Below are positions 36,533 through 44,863 of a DNA stretch of 60,447 nucleotides, one piece after another. How positions within the stretch are numbered: position 1 is the stretch's first letter; each line of letters begins with the position of its first letter. The stretch lies in the NCBI GenBank assembly GCA_964502635.1, contig CAZCXI010000001.1, positions 1 through 60,447 on the forward strand. Direction: 5' to 3'. This DNA is from an uncultured Desulfobacterales bacterium (GTDB lineage: Bacteria > Desulfobacterota > Desulfobacteria > Desulfobacterales > C00003060). A program made the translations under genes and the position numbers. The notes under the pieces were generated by a model. That model did no database searches and was not told where the DNA came from. It was given only the letters and a program-made list of their open reading frames with translations.

Positions 36533-37843
36533 TCAATCGGTCAGTCTGAAGGGTTCGTAATCCCTTGGAACGTAGGGCCTTTCGATCCCGCTCAGTTGGC
36601 AGCCCAGAAGGCATGATCGGTCGGTGTAATTCAACAGGGTTAACATCAATTCCTGCCCCCGCAATAGTCCTAGGCACCCCGTGGCTGCACTCGCCTCGTC
36701 AAAGGACGCAACCTCATCGCGTCGAACATTTGGACCCACGAGTACCACGGGCACGGGCTCTCCAGAGTGGATCAAAGAAGATATGCTCGGCGTGGAATGA
36801 TCTGCAGTAACTGTGACCAACAAGTCATCTCTGTCTTCCACCGCATCCACCAGCTCATCCAAGCCGCGATCCAAGGTGGCGATGGCAGCTTCCTTGCGCC
36901 TTGGATCTCCTTTGTGGGCCGCCTCATCCGGGACCTTTGTATGGACGTGGATAAAATCATGGGCATTAACCGCTAAGGCCAGACGGATCCTTTCTCTGAG
37001 ATCCTCATCGGCCTTGTCGGTGTCTTTTGCCCGGACGAAGGTTAGGCCAAGCTCGTGGGCCAAACCTCCATACACGGATGGTGACGCGATCAGCATGCCG
37101 GCAAGACCCCAGCGCTGATCAAAAGGCTCCTGGATGATACGCCGGCCACAACGCTGCGTGACAAGAAAGTTAGCAGGCGGGAGCTTTCTGGCCTCACGCA
37201 AGCGGTTCGTTTCGTGGCTGATTAGCACCCTGTGGCAGTGAGTCAGATACTCGTTGAGGGCTTTTGCCGTGCGCGCCGCGTCCTCAGGCTCTGCATTGTC
37301 GCGAAGAGGCACGATACGGGCTACAGTGCGACCGACCAGGATAGGATCGGAGTCAGATACGTAAGGTGAGGCCTGGCCGTTCAGGACGAGTATGGCATCA
37401 TTTCGGCGGGTCTGCTGGAGGCGGAAGTCGATGCCCTCTGCTTCATAGGTGGAAACAGCAGCGAAAAGTCCTCCCATTTCTGGTGAATCCGCCTCAATAT
37501 CATCACGCCCCTGAGTCAGGATCGGTACGCTGCCTTTCCAACTCACACCTGAAACGTGCGCCAGGCACAGGACGTCTCTGTCATCAAAGGCCACACCCTC
37601 TCCCACCGCCTCCAGGAGCCCCCGGCCAGGAAAATTCTTCAGATCATAGCCAAAGAGCAGGTAGTGGGCGGTCTCGCTCGGTAGACACTGGCCAGGCAAT
37701 GCAGCATGGAAAAGCCCGTTACTACCCAGGCGAGCTAATCGATCCAGATTGGGCGTGGCGGCCGCTTGCAGGGGGGTGCGATGATTCAGTATCTCATACG
37801 ATCGATCACCGAGGCCGTCTAGAAGAATAAGGATGATTTTCAT
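36533..37843 (-). CDS. apgM: Cofactor-independent phosphoglycerate mutase, archaeal-type (ApgM-like metalloenzyme superfamily)
   Basis: MKIILILLDGLGD, TPNLDRLA and TADHSTP motifs. 436 aa. Confidence 0.7.
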   Translation of the reverse strand: MKIILILLDGLGDRSYEILNHRTPLQAAATPNLDRLARLGSNGLFHAALPGQCLPSETAHYLLFGYDLKNFPGRGLLEAVGEGVAFDDRDVLCLAHVSGVSWKGSVPILTQGRDDIEADSPEMGGLFAAVSTYEAEGIDFRLQQTRRNDAILVLNGQASPYVSDSDPILVGRTVARIVPLRDNAEPEDAARTAKALNEYLTHCHRVLISHETNRLREARKLPPANFLVTQRCGRRIIQEPFDQRWGLAGMLIASPSVYGGLAHELGLTFVRAKDTDKADEDLRERIRLALAVNAHDFIHVHTKVPDEAAHKGDPRRKEAAIATLDRGLDELVDAVEDRDDLLVTVTADHSTPSISSLIHSGEPVPVVLVGPNVRRDEVASFDEASAATGCLGLLRGQELMLTLLNYTDRSCLLGCQLSGIERPYVPRDYEPFRLTD

Positions 37844-37882
37844 CAGAAACCTGGAGGGGACAATTCTGGATTCTTACTTGCC

Positions 37883-38731
37883 TTAAGCATGAGATATGAG
37901 GCGTGCTGAGGGCTCTTGATGATCGGACCTGCTGTCATGATCCGATTGTGTCAAATACTCGTCTATAACCTTCTTTGTTTGCAACAATCCGTCAGTTTCT
38001 CTAACTTCAAGAACCCACCACTCGCAACCAATATCCCGCAGGATGTTCAGACGGTCTTCGATGTCTTCCAGTCGCTCGGGTGGTATATGTCCTACCCCGG
38101 AAACTTCCGTGTAATATACATGGGCATTGAGAGCGCGATCTGAATGAGGACTAACAAAATCCTCAATGCCATAGGACTGACTCCGGACCGACTCGCACGC
38201 GTGGGCGTGACCGATATCAAAAGTGACTGCAGCGCCGCTTCCTCGGATGAGTTTTTCAAAGAGGTGGGGCCTGCTCGTCCATCCCCAGGCGAGGTTCTCC
38301 AGGCAGATGGTTACCCCCCTGCGTGCACCGTATTGAACCAGGTTTGCCAGGTTCTCAATCGTTGCCTCCCATGACAGGGGCTCTGTGGAATCGTGGCCAA
38401 GGCCGATGTGGATTGTCAGGTATCGTCCTTCCACTTTAGAAACCAAGCGGATGATACGACGAAAAACGGCCTCGGCCGCCTTGGCCTCCCGTGGGTCCTC
38501 GTGGCCCAAGTCTATCTGATAAAAAGGACAGTGAAAACGAACCTCCAGGGAATCCAAAAGGGACAGGCTCCTCACCCATTTTGATTCTTCTAAAGGTGTT
38601 GCAGGCAGGATACTGGGATCGAACGACCAGTCGATGCCTGAAAACCCGTGACGAAGGGCAAATGCCCTGATCTCTGTGACCTCTTTCAGGAAATTGCACA
38701 TGGCCAATTTAGGTTTCATAGTGTTATTCAT
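37883..38731 (-). CDS. Sugar phosphate isomerase/epimerase (xylose-isomerase-like TIM barrel)
   Basis: 282 aa with the pattern of AP-endonuclease-2/xylose-isomerase-like barrels (ICLENL, FDIGHAH). Confidence 0.6.
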   Translation of the reverse strand: MNNTMKPKLAMCNFLKEVTEIRAFALRHGFSGIDWSFDPSILPATPLEESKWVRSLSLLDSLEVRFHCPFYQIDLGHEDPREAKAAEAVFRRIIRLVSKVEGRYLTIHIGLGHDSTEPLSWEATIENLANLVQYGARRGVTICLENLAWGWTSRPHLFEKLIRGSGAAVTFDIGHAHACESVRSQSYGIEDFVSPHSDRALNAHVYYTEVSGVGHIPPERLEDIEDRLNILRDIGCEWWVLEVRETDGLLQTKKVIDEYLTQSDHDSRSDHQEPSARLISHA

Positions 38732-38994
38732 ATTTGAAATGCCGATCCATCTCTTATTTTAGGTTCAATATAATTTTACATCGAATCAGGCAATAAAACA
38801 AATAGAAAATATCCATAATATTGGATACGATACCATAGGCAAAATCTATGGAGGGTTAGGTCAGGCAAGAACGGACCCTTTTCTTGGGTCGAAGGCAGCC
38901 CCCCCATAACAGAAATCTATGTGGGCCTCTTGAGTAGTTCTGGCTCGACCTCGTCAGCTAAAAAAACTTGACTTGGCTGGCCATGAAAAGCATC

Positions 38995-39011
38995 TATACA
39001 AAGTATGTATA
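38995..39011. promoter_or_regulatory. Candidate operator palindrome TATACA-N5-TGTATA upstream of the His-rich peptide gene
   Basis: Perfect 6+6 inverted repeat ending 22 nt before ATG 39034. A TTGACT -35-like hexamer lies at 38968-38973. Confidence 0.3.
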
Positions 39012-39033
39012 CCTTGTGAAAGGAGGATTTATC

Positions 39034-39165
39034 ATGAAAGGAACACACGAACACACCCATGGGCAAGATGAGCACGTCCACGATCACGATCACAACGGAG
39101 ACCATGGTCCCCACAGCCATGTGCATCCAGCTCATGAGACTGAACTGCATGATCACACGCACTAA
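39034..39165 (+). CDS. Histidine-rich small protein (43 aa), putative metal-binding
   Basis: AGGAGG RBS. The sequence MKGTHEHTHGQDEHVHDHDHNGDHGPHSHVHPAHETELHDHTH contains 15 His. Confidence 0.6.
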   Translation: MKGTHEHTHGQDEHVHDHDHNGDHGPHSHVHPAHETELHDHTH

Positions 39166-39185
39166 ATTTCTTTATTAGCTGCTTT

Positions 39186-39226
39186 GAACACAAGGCGAGC
39201 CAAGGAGGTACCCTTGTGTTCTTTCC
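39186..39226 (+). terminator. Hairpin after the His-rich gene
   Basis: gaacacaagg (39186-39195) pairs with ccttgtgttc (39212-39221), followed by ttt. The loop is 16 nt. Confidence 0.5.
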
Positions 39227-39347
39227 AAAAAACCAAGCCACTGTTCATTCCCCTGGGTTCCTATGAATAGTAGAGCCCTCGGGGTAAATGAGGGCAGGTA
39301 CTGGAATCTGGGGTAGCGGGACGGGTTTTTGCTGGCCCCAAAAAAGA

Positions 39348-39376
39348 TTGACAAAAGAGGGAAGGCGTGTTATTTT
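39348..39376 (+). promoter_or_regulatory. Sigma70-like promoter
   Basis: TTGACA (39348-39353), a 17-nt spacer, then TATTTT (39371-39376). Confidence 0.5.
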
Positions 39377-39383
39377 AAAAACG

Positions 39384-39506
39384 TTTTGAGATAGGTATGA
39401 AGCCTGTCACAAGTTAGCTCAAGCTTGTCTTCACAGTTAAGCGAATCTAAGCCACGGAGGCAGTCTTTCTCTGAAGAGGAAGAATCCTTGCGTGGCTTTT
39501 TGTTTT
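39384..39506 (+). ncRNA. Candidate ~120-nt small RNA or terminator-containing 5' leader
   Basis: Bounded by the promoter above and a strong intrinsic terminator (aagccacg 39449-39456 / cgtggctt 39491-39498, plus TTTTGTTTT). Contains no ORF longer than 6 codons. Confidence 0.4.
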
Positions 39507-39585
39507 CTTGGTGGTTCAACGAGCTGATGGAATAGTTCGATTATCGACTTTCCGAGGTATAGTCCCTCTTTTATACAGGAGATCT

Positions 39586-39816
39586 ATGAAATCGACGAGC
39601 GATCGGGAAAAGCTGAGGGTCCTTTTGGTTCACTGGGTGGCGCACAACCGCGAACACGCAGAGACGTTTCGACAATGGGCTCGGCGTGCTGGGCAGTTGG
39701 GATCTAGAGAAGCCGCTTCAAAACTCGAGGCTGCAGTTCAGGAAATGGACGTCGTGAATAACCGTCTCCTGACCGCCCTGGACATACTCGGAGGACCTCT
39801 GGAACACCACCATTGA
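39586..39816 (+). CDS. Hypothetical small helical protein ending in HHH
   Basis: AGGAG RBS before ATG 39586. 76 aa with HWVAHNREHAETF and a C-terminal LEHHH. Confidence 0.45.
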   Translation: MKSTSDREKLRVLLVHWVAHNREHAETFRQWARRAGQLGSREAASKLEAAVQEMDVVNNRLLTALDILGGPLEHHH

Positions 39817-39945
39817 TATCCGGGGCAGCACATGGAGAATGACATCAGCTACCGCATCTAAAACACACCAAATGAGGAAAGGGGGTGGGATGAAACAGAA
39901 AGCCCACAACCTATCATCTAAAGGCGCTTACTCCGGTTCTGTCCA

Positions 39946-41046
39946 TCATAAAAGCCATCTTTTAAAGAAAGAGTCATGAATTCTCCATCCTTTGTTTTTA
40001 TCCAAAACCCCCCCCTTCTCCAGGTTCGATAACGCTGCAGTGACTTGTGATGCCGCCCTGAAACCGAATCTGTCCAGATTGTGCGCGGCAAATATGTTTT
40101 TCCCTGCTGTTCCCGCTATGAGTTTTAGCGCCCTCCTTTGGTTTAAAGTCAATGAATCCCATACATAAGAATATTCAGGTATCCGCTTTTCCACTATTCT
40201 GCGTTCTACCTTGTCAAGGAGATCAAAAGATAATTCCTCTTCCATCCAAATGTTGAAGAAGAACTCCTGGACATACATCGGGTGATTTTCGCACCTTTCT
40301 ATGACATCCTCAATTAATCTATCCTTAATCCTCCTATTTGCTTTTCGATATAACCTCTTAATCCAATCCACATAATGAATGGTTTTGATTTTCCCTAACG
40401 GATAACTCGTAGCCAGCATATAAAAGGCCCGGTTCCTATCATTGAACATCTCAGTAATTAAGTGCCTTTGACTTCCAGCGAAAATGTATGAGATTCTTTC
40501 GTGTCTTTGTATCGACCTTCTAAGGCGTTTCTCAAAGGCATTCCCGCCGTAAGCTGCCACTTCCTGGAACTCATCGAATGCAACAACCATTTTTTTCTTT
40601 TTTGACAGGTCCTCTATAATTGCGAATATTTCATCAATCGTTCTATCTTCTACAGCCCTGTTGAAAACCGGTAATGCCGTGGGCAGCCCGGTAACGGGGT
40701 CGACACTGAAGTTTACCCCAATACTCCTGACCCCTTCACGGATCATCTTTATAAGGCGGTTCATCTGTGACTCGACAGCGCTTAAGCCTCTGAGAAAGGA
40801 AGCGATAAATTCCTCGGTACGCGTTGTCCCATAGAGATCTATGTATACAGGCTTTACATTTCTAAGACCCTTAAATATTCTTAAAATTAGCGAGCTTTTG
40901 CCATGGCGCCTGTGTGAGTACAACAGCACGTTTTGAGAACTCTCTATGTACTGCCTTAATTCCTTCTGCTCCTTTTCTCTGTTGCAAAAGGCAGGTTCTT
41001 CAACGACACCTGAAAACTTGAACGGGTTATCCATTTTTTTCACCAA
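39946..41046 (-). CDS. AAA-type ATP-binding protein (archaeal-ATPase/DUF234-like architecture)
   Basis: Walker A SHRRHGKSS and Walker B MVVAFDEFQ. The gene is visibly more AT-rich than its neighbours. Confidence 0.65.
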   Translation of the reverse strand: MVKKMDNPFKFSGVVEEPAFCNREKEQKELRQYIESSQNVLLYSHRRHGKSSLILRIFKGLRNVKPVYIDLYGTTRTEEFIASFLRGLSAVESQMNRLIKMIREGVRSIGVNFSVDPVTGLPTALPVFNRAVEDRTIDEIFAIIEDLSKKKKMVVAFDEFQEVAAYGGNAFEKRLRRSIQRHERISYIFAGSQRHLITEMFNDRNRAFYMLATSYPLGKIKTIHYVDWIKRLYRKANRRIKDRLIEDVIERCENHPMYVQEFFFNIWMEEELSFDLLDKVERRIVEKRIPEYSYVWDSLTLNQRRALKLIAGTAGKNIFAAHNLDRFGFRAASQVTAALSNLEKGGVLDKNKGWRIHDSFFKRWLL

Positions 41047-41440
41047 AATTTACGTTGCTATCGACTCATATTATCGGTAATCTTATTACCCTATTTACGT
41101 AATGTCAACAAAATCCTTATCGCCCCGGGAATTAAAAATGGCATTTTGTTGATTGTTGAAACACTGCCACCTCCTCCTATTGCTCAGCCCAGAGATGCAT
41201 CATCGTTTATGGCAGGGAATTGATGATTGGCGATCTGGCAATCCAGTTGTTAATGGCCGTGGGTGTTGCTTCGTCGCCTTGCCGGTGTACAGCGTGCACA
41301 TCGGGTGCCTACTTGGAACAAAAGGGACGAGGTGAGGGCTTCGTGGTAGGTGTTGCTCAGTGCCATTGTTCCTTGAGGATTCGAGGTGTGTTGAGGAGGA
41401 GAAGCCCTCCCTCCTTATATCCCTTTCGTTCTTAGACAGC

Positions 41441-41644
41441 GACCATGTTGCATACAAGGCTTGGGGAGACAGACACTGACGGCGTATGCATGTCACTAGA
41501 AGGCAATTCTTGCAGTACTGCACAACCTCCGCACCTGCTTTGGGTCTGAGCCCGACCGACCTCCTGAAGCCAGAGAAGGCACGGGCAGAACAAAATGATT
41601 GTTTCCATCCGTCAGCGCTATTCCCCCCAAACTCTGCATGCGGT
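41441..41644. repeat. Second, degenerate copy of the 32278-32479 cassette, in the opposite orientation, with an orphan Tat-signal ORF start
   Basis: attccccccaaactctgcatgcggt (41620-41644) matches 32454-32478 with 2 mismatches. The left end gaccatgttgcatacaaggcttgggga is degenerate. The interior encodes MHVTRRQFLQYCTTSAPALGLSPTDLLK on the plus strand with no hydrogenase body behind it. Confidence 0.7.
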
Positions 41645-42199
41645 TATTTGCTTTTCTTCCCCCTCCACCAAACGAGAACCCCAGAGACTCCAAAGATGAT
41701 GCAAATCCCCATCAAAGCCTTTTCGTACCTGGAAAGTGGACTTTCACCGGTCTCCCCACGTTGCTCGTTTGCTTGCAACACCAGCGCCTCGTTAACTGGC
41801 ACCCTGACCTCTAGCCGATGCCCCATTTCATCGTCCACGACCACCTTCCAATCGCCCGGCGCATCTGGGAAAAAACAGAACCGACCGTTTCTATCTGTTC
41901 TTCCCGATTGAAAAGTCAACCCTTTTGATCTTGCCATCCTCATAGTACTGGAATTGGTCCATGACCTCATCTGCATTGCTGTCGATTTCCAGCTTGATGA
42001 GCTTGCCACCCTTACCAAAGTGAGCGATCTGGTCGATCCTGCCATCTCCGGTGGTATCGCGCTTAAGGACATCTCGGCTTGCCCACCCTGATTCAGGGCG
42101 CAACGGAATCACCAAAGTGAACACAATCAACAGGGAGATAAAGTAATTCACAAAGGATGCCTCGTCAGGAGCAACAAAAAAAGCCAGGTAGCACTGCAA
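41644..42199 (-). pseudogene. Frameshifted gene for a membrane-anchored protein (DxDGDG-like motif plus Ig-like/carboxypeptidase-regulatory-like domain plus C-terminal TM)
   Basis: ORFs 41891..42199 and 41644..42072 overlap in different frames. Removing one T from the minus-strand TTTT run (plus-strand AAAA 41911-41914) gives a continuous ...EDGKIKRVDFQSGRTDRNGRFCFFPDAPGDWKVVV... reading frame. Confidence 0.6.
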
Positions 42200-42260
42200 G
42201 CTTCTGCTCGCTTGCCTTCCTGGCTTCGCGTTTCTTTCTACTTAAATTATGTGGTTTGGT

Positions 42261-42290
42261 AAAAAATAAGACGCAACTTCTTGATGCGCC
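42261..42290 (-). terminator. Intrinsic terminator downstream of selD
   Basis: On the minus strand GGCGCA-tcaagaagt-TGCGTC (one G-U pair) is followed by TTATTTTTT. Confidence 0.6.
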
Positions 42291-42373
42291 TTTATTTTAG
42301 AATGGCAGAAAAAGCAGACTGTGTCAAAATTGTTTTGGATGCCGTGTCTTTACGCCTTCGCACAAAGGCCAAC

Positions 42374-43441
42374 TCAAGCGATTTGCAGTTTGCCCTTCGC
42401 ATCTAAGCCAATGACCTCGCCGATAATCGTCGCTGATCGCACTCCCTCATGTTTTAATTCCTCAAGGCAGGCCTCCCCCTCATCCGCACCAATGGAGATA
42501 ACCAACCCGCCTGAGGTTTGGGGATCAAAGATGAGGTCCATGAGAACCGTTTCCACGCCAGGCTTGATTTCCACCATGTGCTCACAGAAATGCCTAGTCG
42601 CATAACTTCCGGCCGGTATCAGACCCATCAAGGCATACTCCTTGGCCTCAGGAATGATCGGGATCTTGTCAGCATAGACAGCGATCTCCACATGGCTGGC
42701 TCTGGCCATTTCCAAAAGGTGTCCCCCGAGGCCAAAACCGGTCACGTCCGTACAGGCATGAGTTTTGTATTTCAGCATAATCTGTGATGCCTGGCCGTTA
42801 AGGGTCGCGGCGATCTCGATCATCGTCTCCAGCGCTTTTTCGCTAGCCAATTTCCCCTTAACGGCGGTGGCAATGATACCCGTTCCGATGGGTTTGGTCA
42901 GTATGAGTTGATCCCCGACCTCGGTACCTTGATTGGCCAGGATTTTCTGGGGATGGACAACGCCTGTCACAGAAAGGCCATACTTAAGCTCCTGATCATC
43001 CACACTGTGTCCCCCTAGCAGGACCGCACCTGCCTCGTGAATCTTTTCCAGACCCCCTCGCAGGATTTCTTTGAGGATCTCCTTAGGCATATCCGTGATT
43101 GGAAAACAGACGATGTTCATAGCGGTCAGCGGCCTGCCACCCATGGCGTAGACATCGCTTAAGGCATTGGCTGCCGCAATGCGGCCGAAGTGATAGGGGT
43201 TGTTTACGATAGGCGTAAAAAAATCGAGGGTCTGTACCAGGGCCATATCGTCGTTCAGCTTATAGACGCCGGCATCATCAGAGGTCTCTATGCCTACAAG
43301 GAGATTAGGGTGCCTAATCACGGGCAGGTCCCTCATCACCTCTTCCAGGTCCCCTGGACTCAGTTTGGCAGCTCAGCCCGATGCCCTAACCTTTTCGGTC
43401 AAGTTAATAGGGTCATCGAGGGGGCTCAACGCATCAGGCAT
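42374..43441 (-). CDS. selD: Selenide, water dikinase (selenophosphate synthetase), selenocysteine-containing form
   Basis: The 321-aa ORF carries DDAGVY, GGHSVDD and TDVTGFGL motifs. It extends upstream through an in-frame TGA (43373-43375) to ATG 43441, giving MPDALSPLDDPINLTEKVRASG-U-AAKLSPGDL, the canonical G-(C/U)-x-x-K SelD active site. Confidence 0.9.
43344..43375 (-). promoter_or_regulatory. Sec UGA codon plus candidate SECIS hairpin of selD
   Basis: UGA, then 14 nt downstream UCCAGG-GGA-CCUGGA (43358-43344), a G-rich apical loop at the distance expected for bacterial SECIS elements. Confidence 0.55.
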
Positions 43442-44336
43442 ATTTCTTGGCAGCGCACCTTCCATCGCCTTCCTTTGCTATCTCCTCCAAGACCGACTCC
43501 AAGGCCTTTGGGATCTCCTTGACTATTGCAGCCACCTGTGTTGCCGGGGTTGGATTGGCAAGGGCACCCGCCAGGCGATTCACCCTGGCAGCGATGGTCG
43601 CCGCCTGTGCCACGGGGTATCCAGCGTAGGTGAGTGCGGCCACGATGCCCGTCAGCGTATCTCCTGTGCCACCAATGGGCTCCAGGGTCGTCACGTTCGG
43701 GGTGTCAACAGCAGCCAACAGCCCGTCCTTGGTGCATATATAATCTTTCGACCCCTTGATCAATAGTGTTTTGGCAGCATTTTCCCCTTCAAATGCCCTT
43801 TTGATCAGATCAGGAACGTTCTTCTCCTCGTGAAGAATGAAACTCCGGGTGTAAAACGGGTGAGGGGCCAACTCGTCGGCCAAGAAGGCCAATTCTCCGA
43901 TGTCAGGAGTAAAAAGGTCGTAACATGGCGAAAACCCGCTCATTTTGGCCGCATACATGTAACCTGCATCGGCAATCAGCAGCGGGAGTTTGCCTCTTTC
44001 TTCCAAGGCCAACAAGATCCGGTTATGCCAGTCAACATCAGGCTGAAGGTAATGAAAGGTAACAACCTTAGCACCCATAGCTGGAAGCCGGGTCTTCAGA
44101 TGCTCGTATAGCTTTCTGCTGCCGTCTCCTACCCCCTCATCTCCTACGAGAAAACAGAAAGGCTTGGAGAGGCCAAGCGTCTCACATGCCATGGATGTGG
44201 CGGCAATCATGGCAGGTGTCCCTCGGTTGACCGACGTTTCATGGCCATCCAAAAACAAGCAATCCCCCTTCAGTGTAACCGTCCCTGAAACCAGGGGGTA
44301 ATACTTATCCGGAACCGTACCGATCAAAGCGAGCAT
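43434..44336 (-). CDS. YjeF_C-like / ribokinase-fold carbohydrate-kinase-family protein of unknown role
   Basis: GGTGDTLTG anion-hole motif near the C-terminus. 300 aa. Overlaps the selD start by 8 nt and the upstream gene by 13 nt. Confidence 0.6.
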   Translation of the reverse strand: MLALIGTVPDKYYPLVSGTVTLKGDCLFLDGHETSVNRGTPAMIAATSMACETLGLSKPFCFLVGDEGVGDGSRKLYEHLKTRLPAMGAKVVTFHYLQPDVDWHNRILLALEERGKLPLLIADAGYMYAAKMSGFSPCYDLFTPDIGELAFLADELAPHPFYTRSFILHEEKNVPDLIKRAFEGENAAKTLLIKGSKDYICTKDGLLAAVDTPNVTTLEPIGGTGDTLTGIVAALTYAGYPVAQAATIAARVNRLAGALANPTPATQVAAIVKEIPKALESVLEEIAKEGDGRCAAKKYA

Positions 44337-44857
44337 TGACGCTTTATCTCTTCATAAGCCAATTGCAGGGCATACCCGCAAAGGGTATGACCAATTTCCC
44401 TCGGAGCAGGCGACTGTCGAAGATCTTTTCCCACCAGCATGGCCCCCAGGTATGGCACATCCGGGCAACCGCCCCCGGAAATATTCACAATCTCAAGGGT
44501 CTCTTTCTCTATCGTAAGTTTCATGTTGGCCGCGCGCACCATAAGGTATTGCCCATAATCTGTTGTCTTGAACAGTTCAACCGGTTTGAGGAGCGGATCA
44601 TCCACAGGCACTGCTTCCAACGGTTGAACCTTATTAGCTTCCAGTACCCTCAAAATATTCAACTGTTCGACCAGGGGAAATTCGATCACCATGTCACAGC
44701 CGGTCCGCAGCTCGGGGGGCGGCCCCATGACACGAACCTTCCACCCCTTTTTCTCCAAAAGGGATTTGGCCTTGATCACTTCGCTGGTATTGTGAAAGGA
44801 AAGAAACCCTCGATCCGGGCTCTTTTGCTGGGAGGCAGCCCTTTTTCCAAATGCCAT
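44324..44857 (-). CDS. DUF3343-like (putative Se/S carrier) domain protein with an extra C-terminal Cys-containing half
   Basis: The N-terminal FHNTSEVIKAKSLLEKKGWKVRVMGPPPELRTGCDMVIEF fits my recollection of DUF3343. The C-terminal half contains SGGGCPDVPYL. 177 aa. Confidence 0.5.
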   Translation of the reverse strand: MAFGKRAASQQKSPDRGFLSFHNTSEVIKAKSLLEKKGWKVRVMGPPPELRTGCDMVIEFPLVEQLNILRVLEANKVQPLEAVPVDDPLLKPVELFKTTDYGQYLMVRAANMKLTIEKETLEIVNISGGGCPDVPYLGAMLVGKDLRQSPAPREIGHTLCGYALQLAYEEIKRQCSL

Positions 44858-44863
44858 GGCTCT

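Noticed and set aside
36312-36677. A 121-aa minus ORF overlapping the 3' end of apgM and the hydrogenase downstream region.
   Set aside because: It overlaps the apgM frame, has no RBS and has low-complexity composition.
38802-38813. The 12-mer atagaaaatatc, shared with 46416-46427 (upstream of the yedE operon), as a possible common regulator site.
   Set aside because: There are only two occurrences, both in AT-rich spacers, and there is no palindromic structure. This is insufficient evidence.
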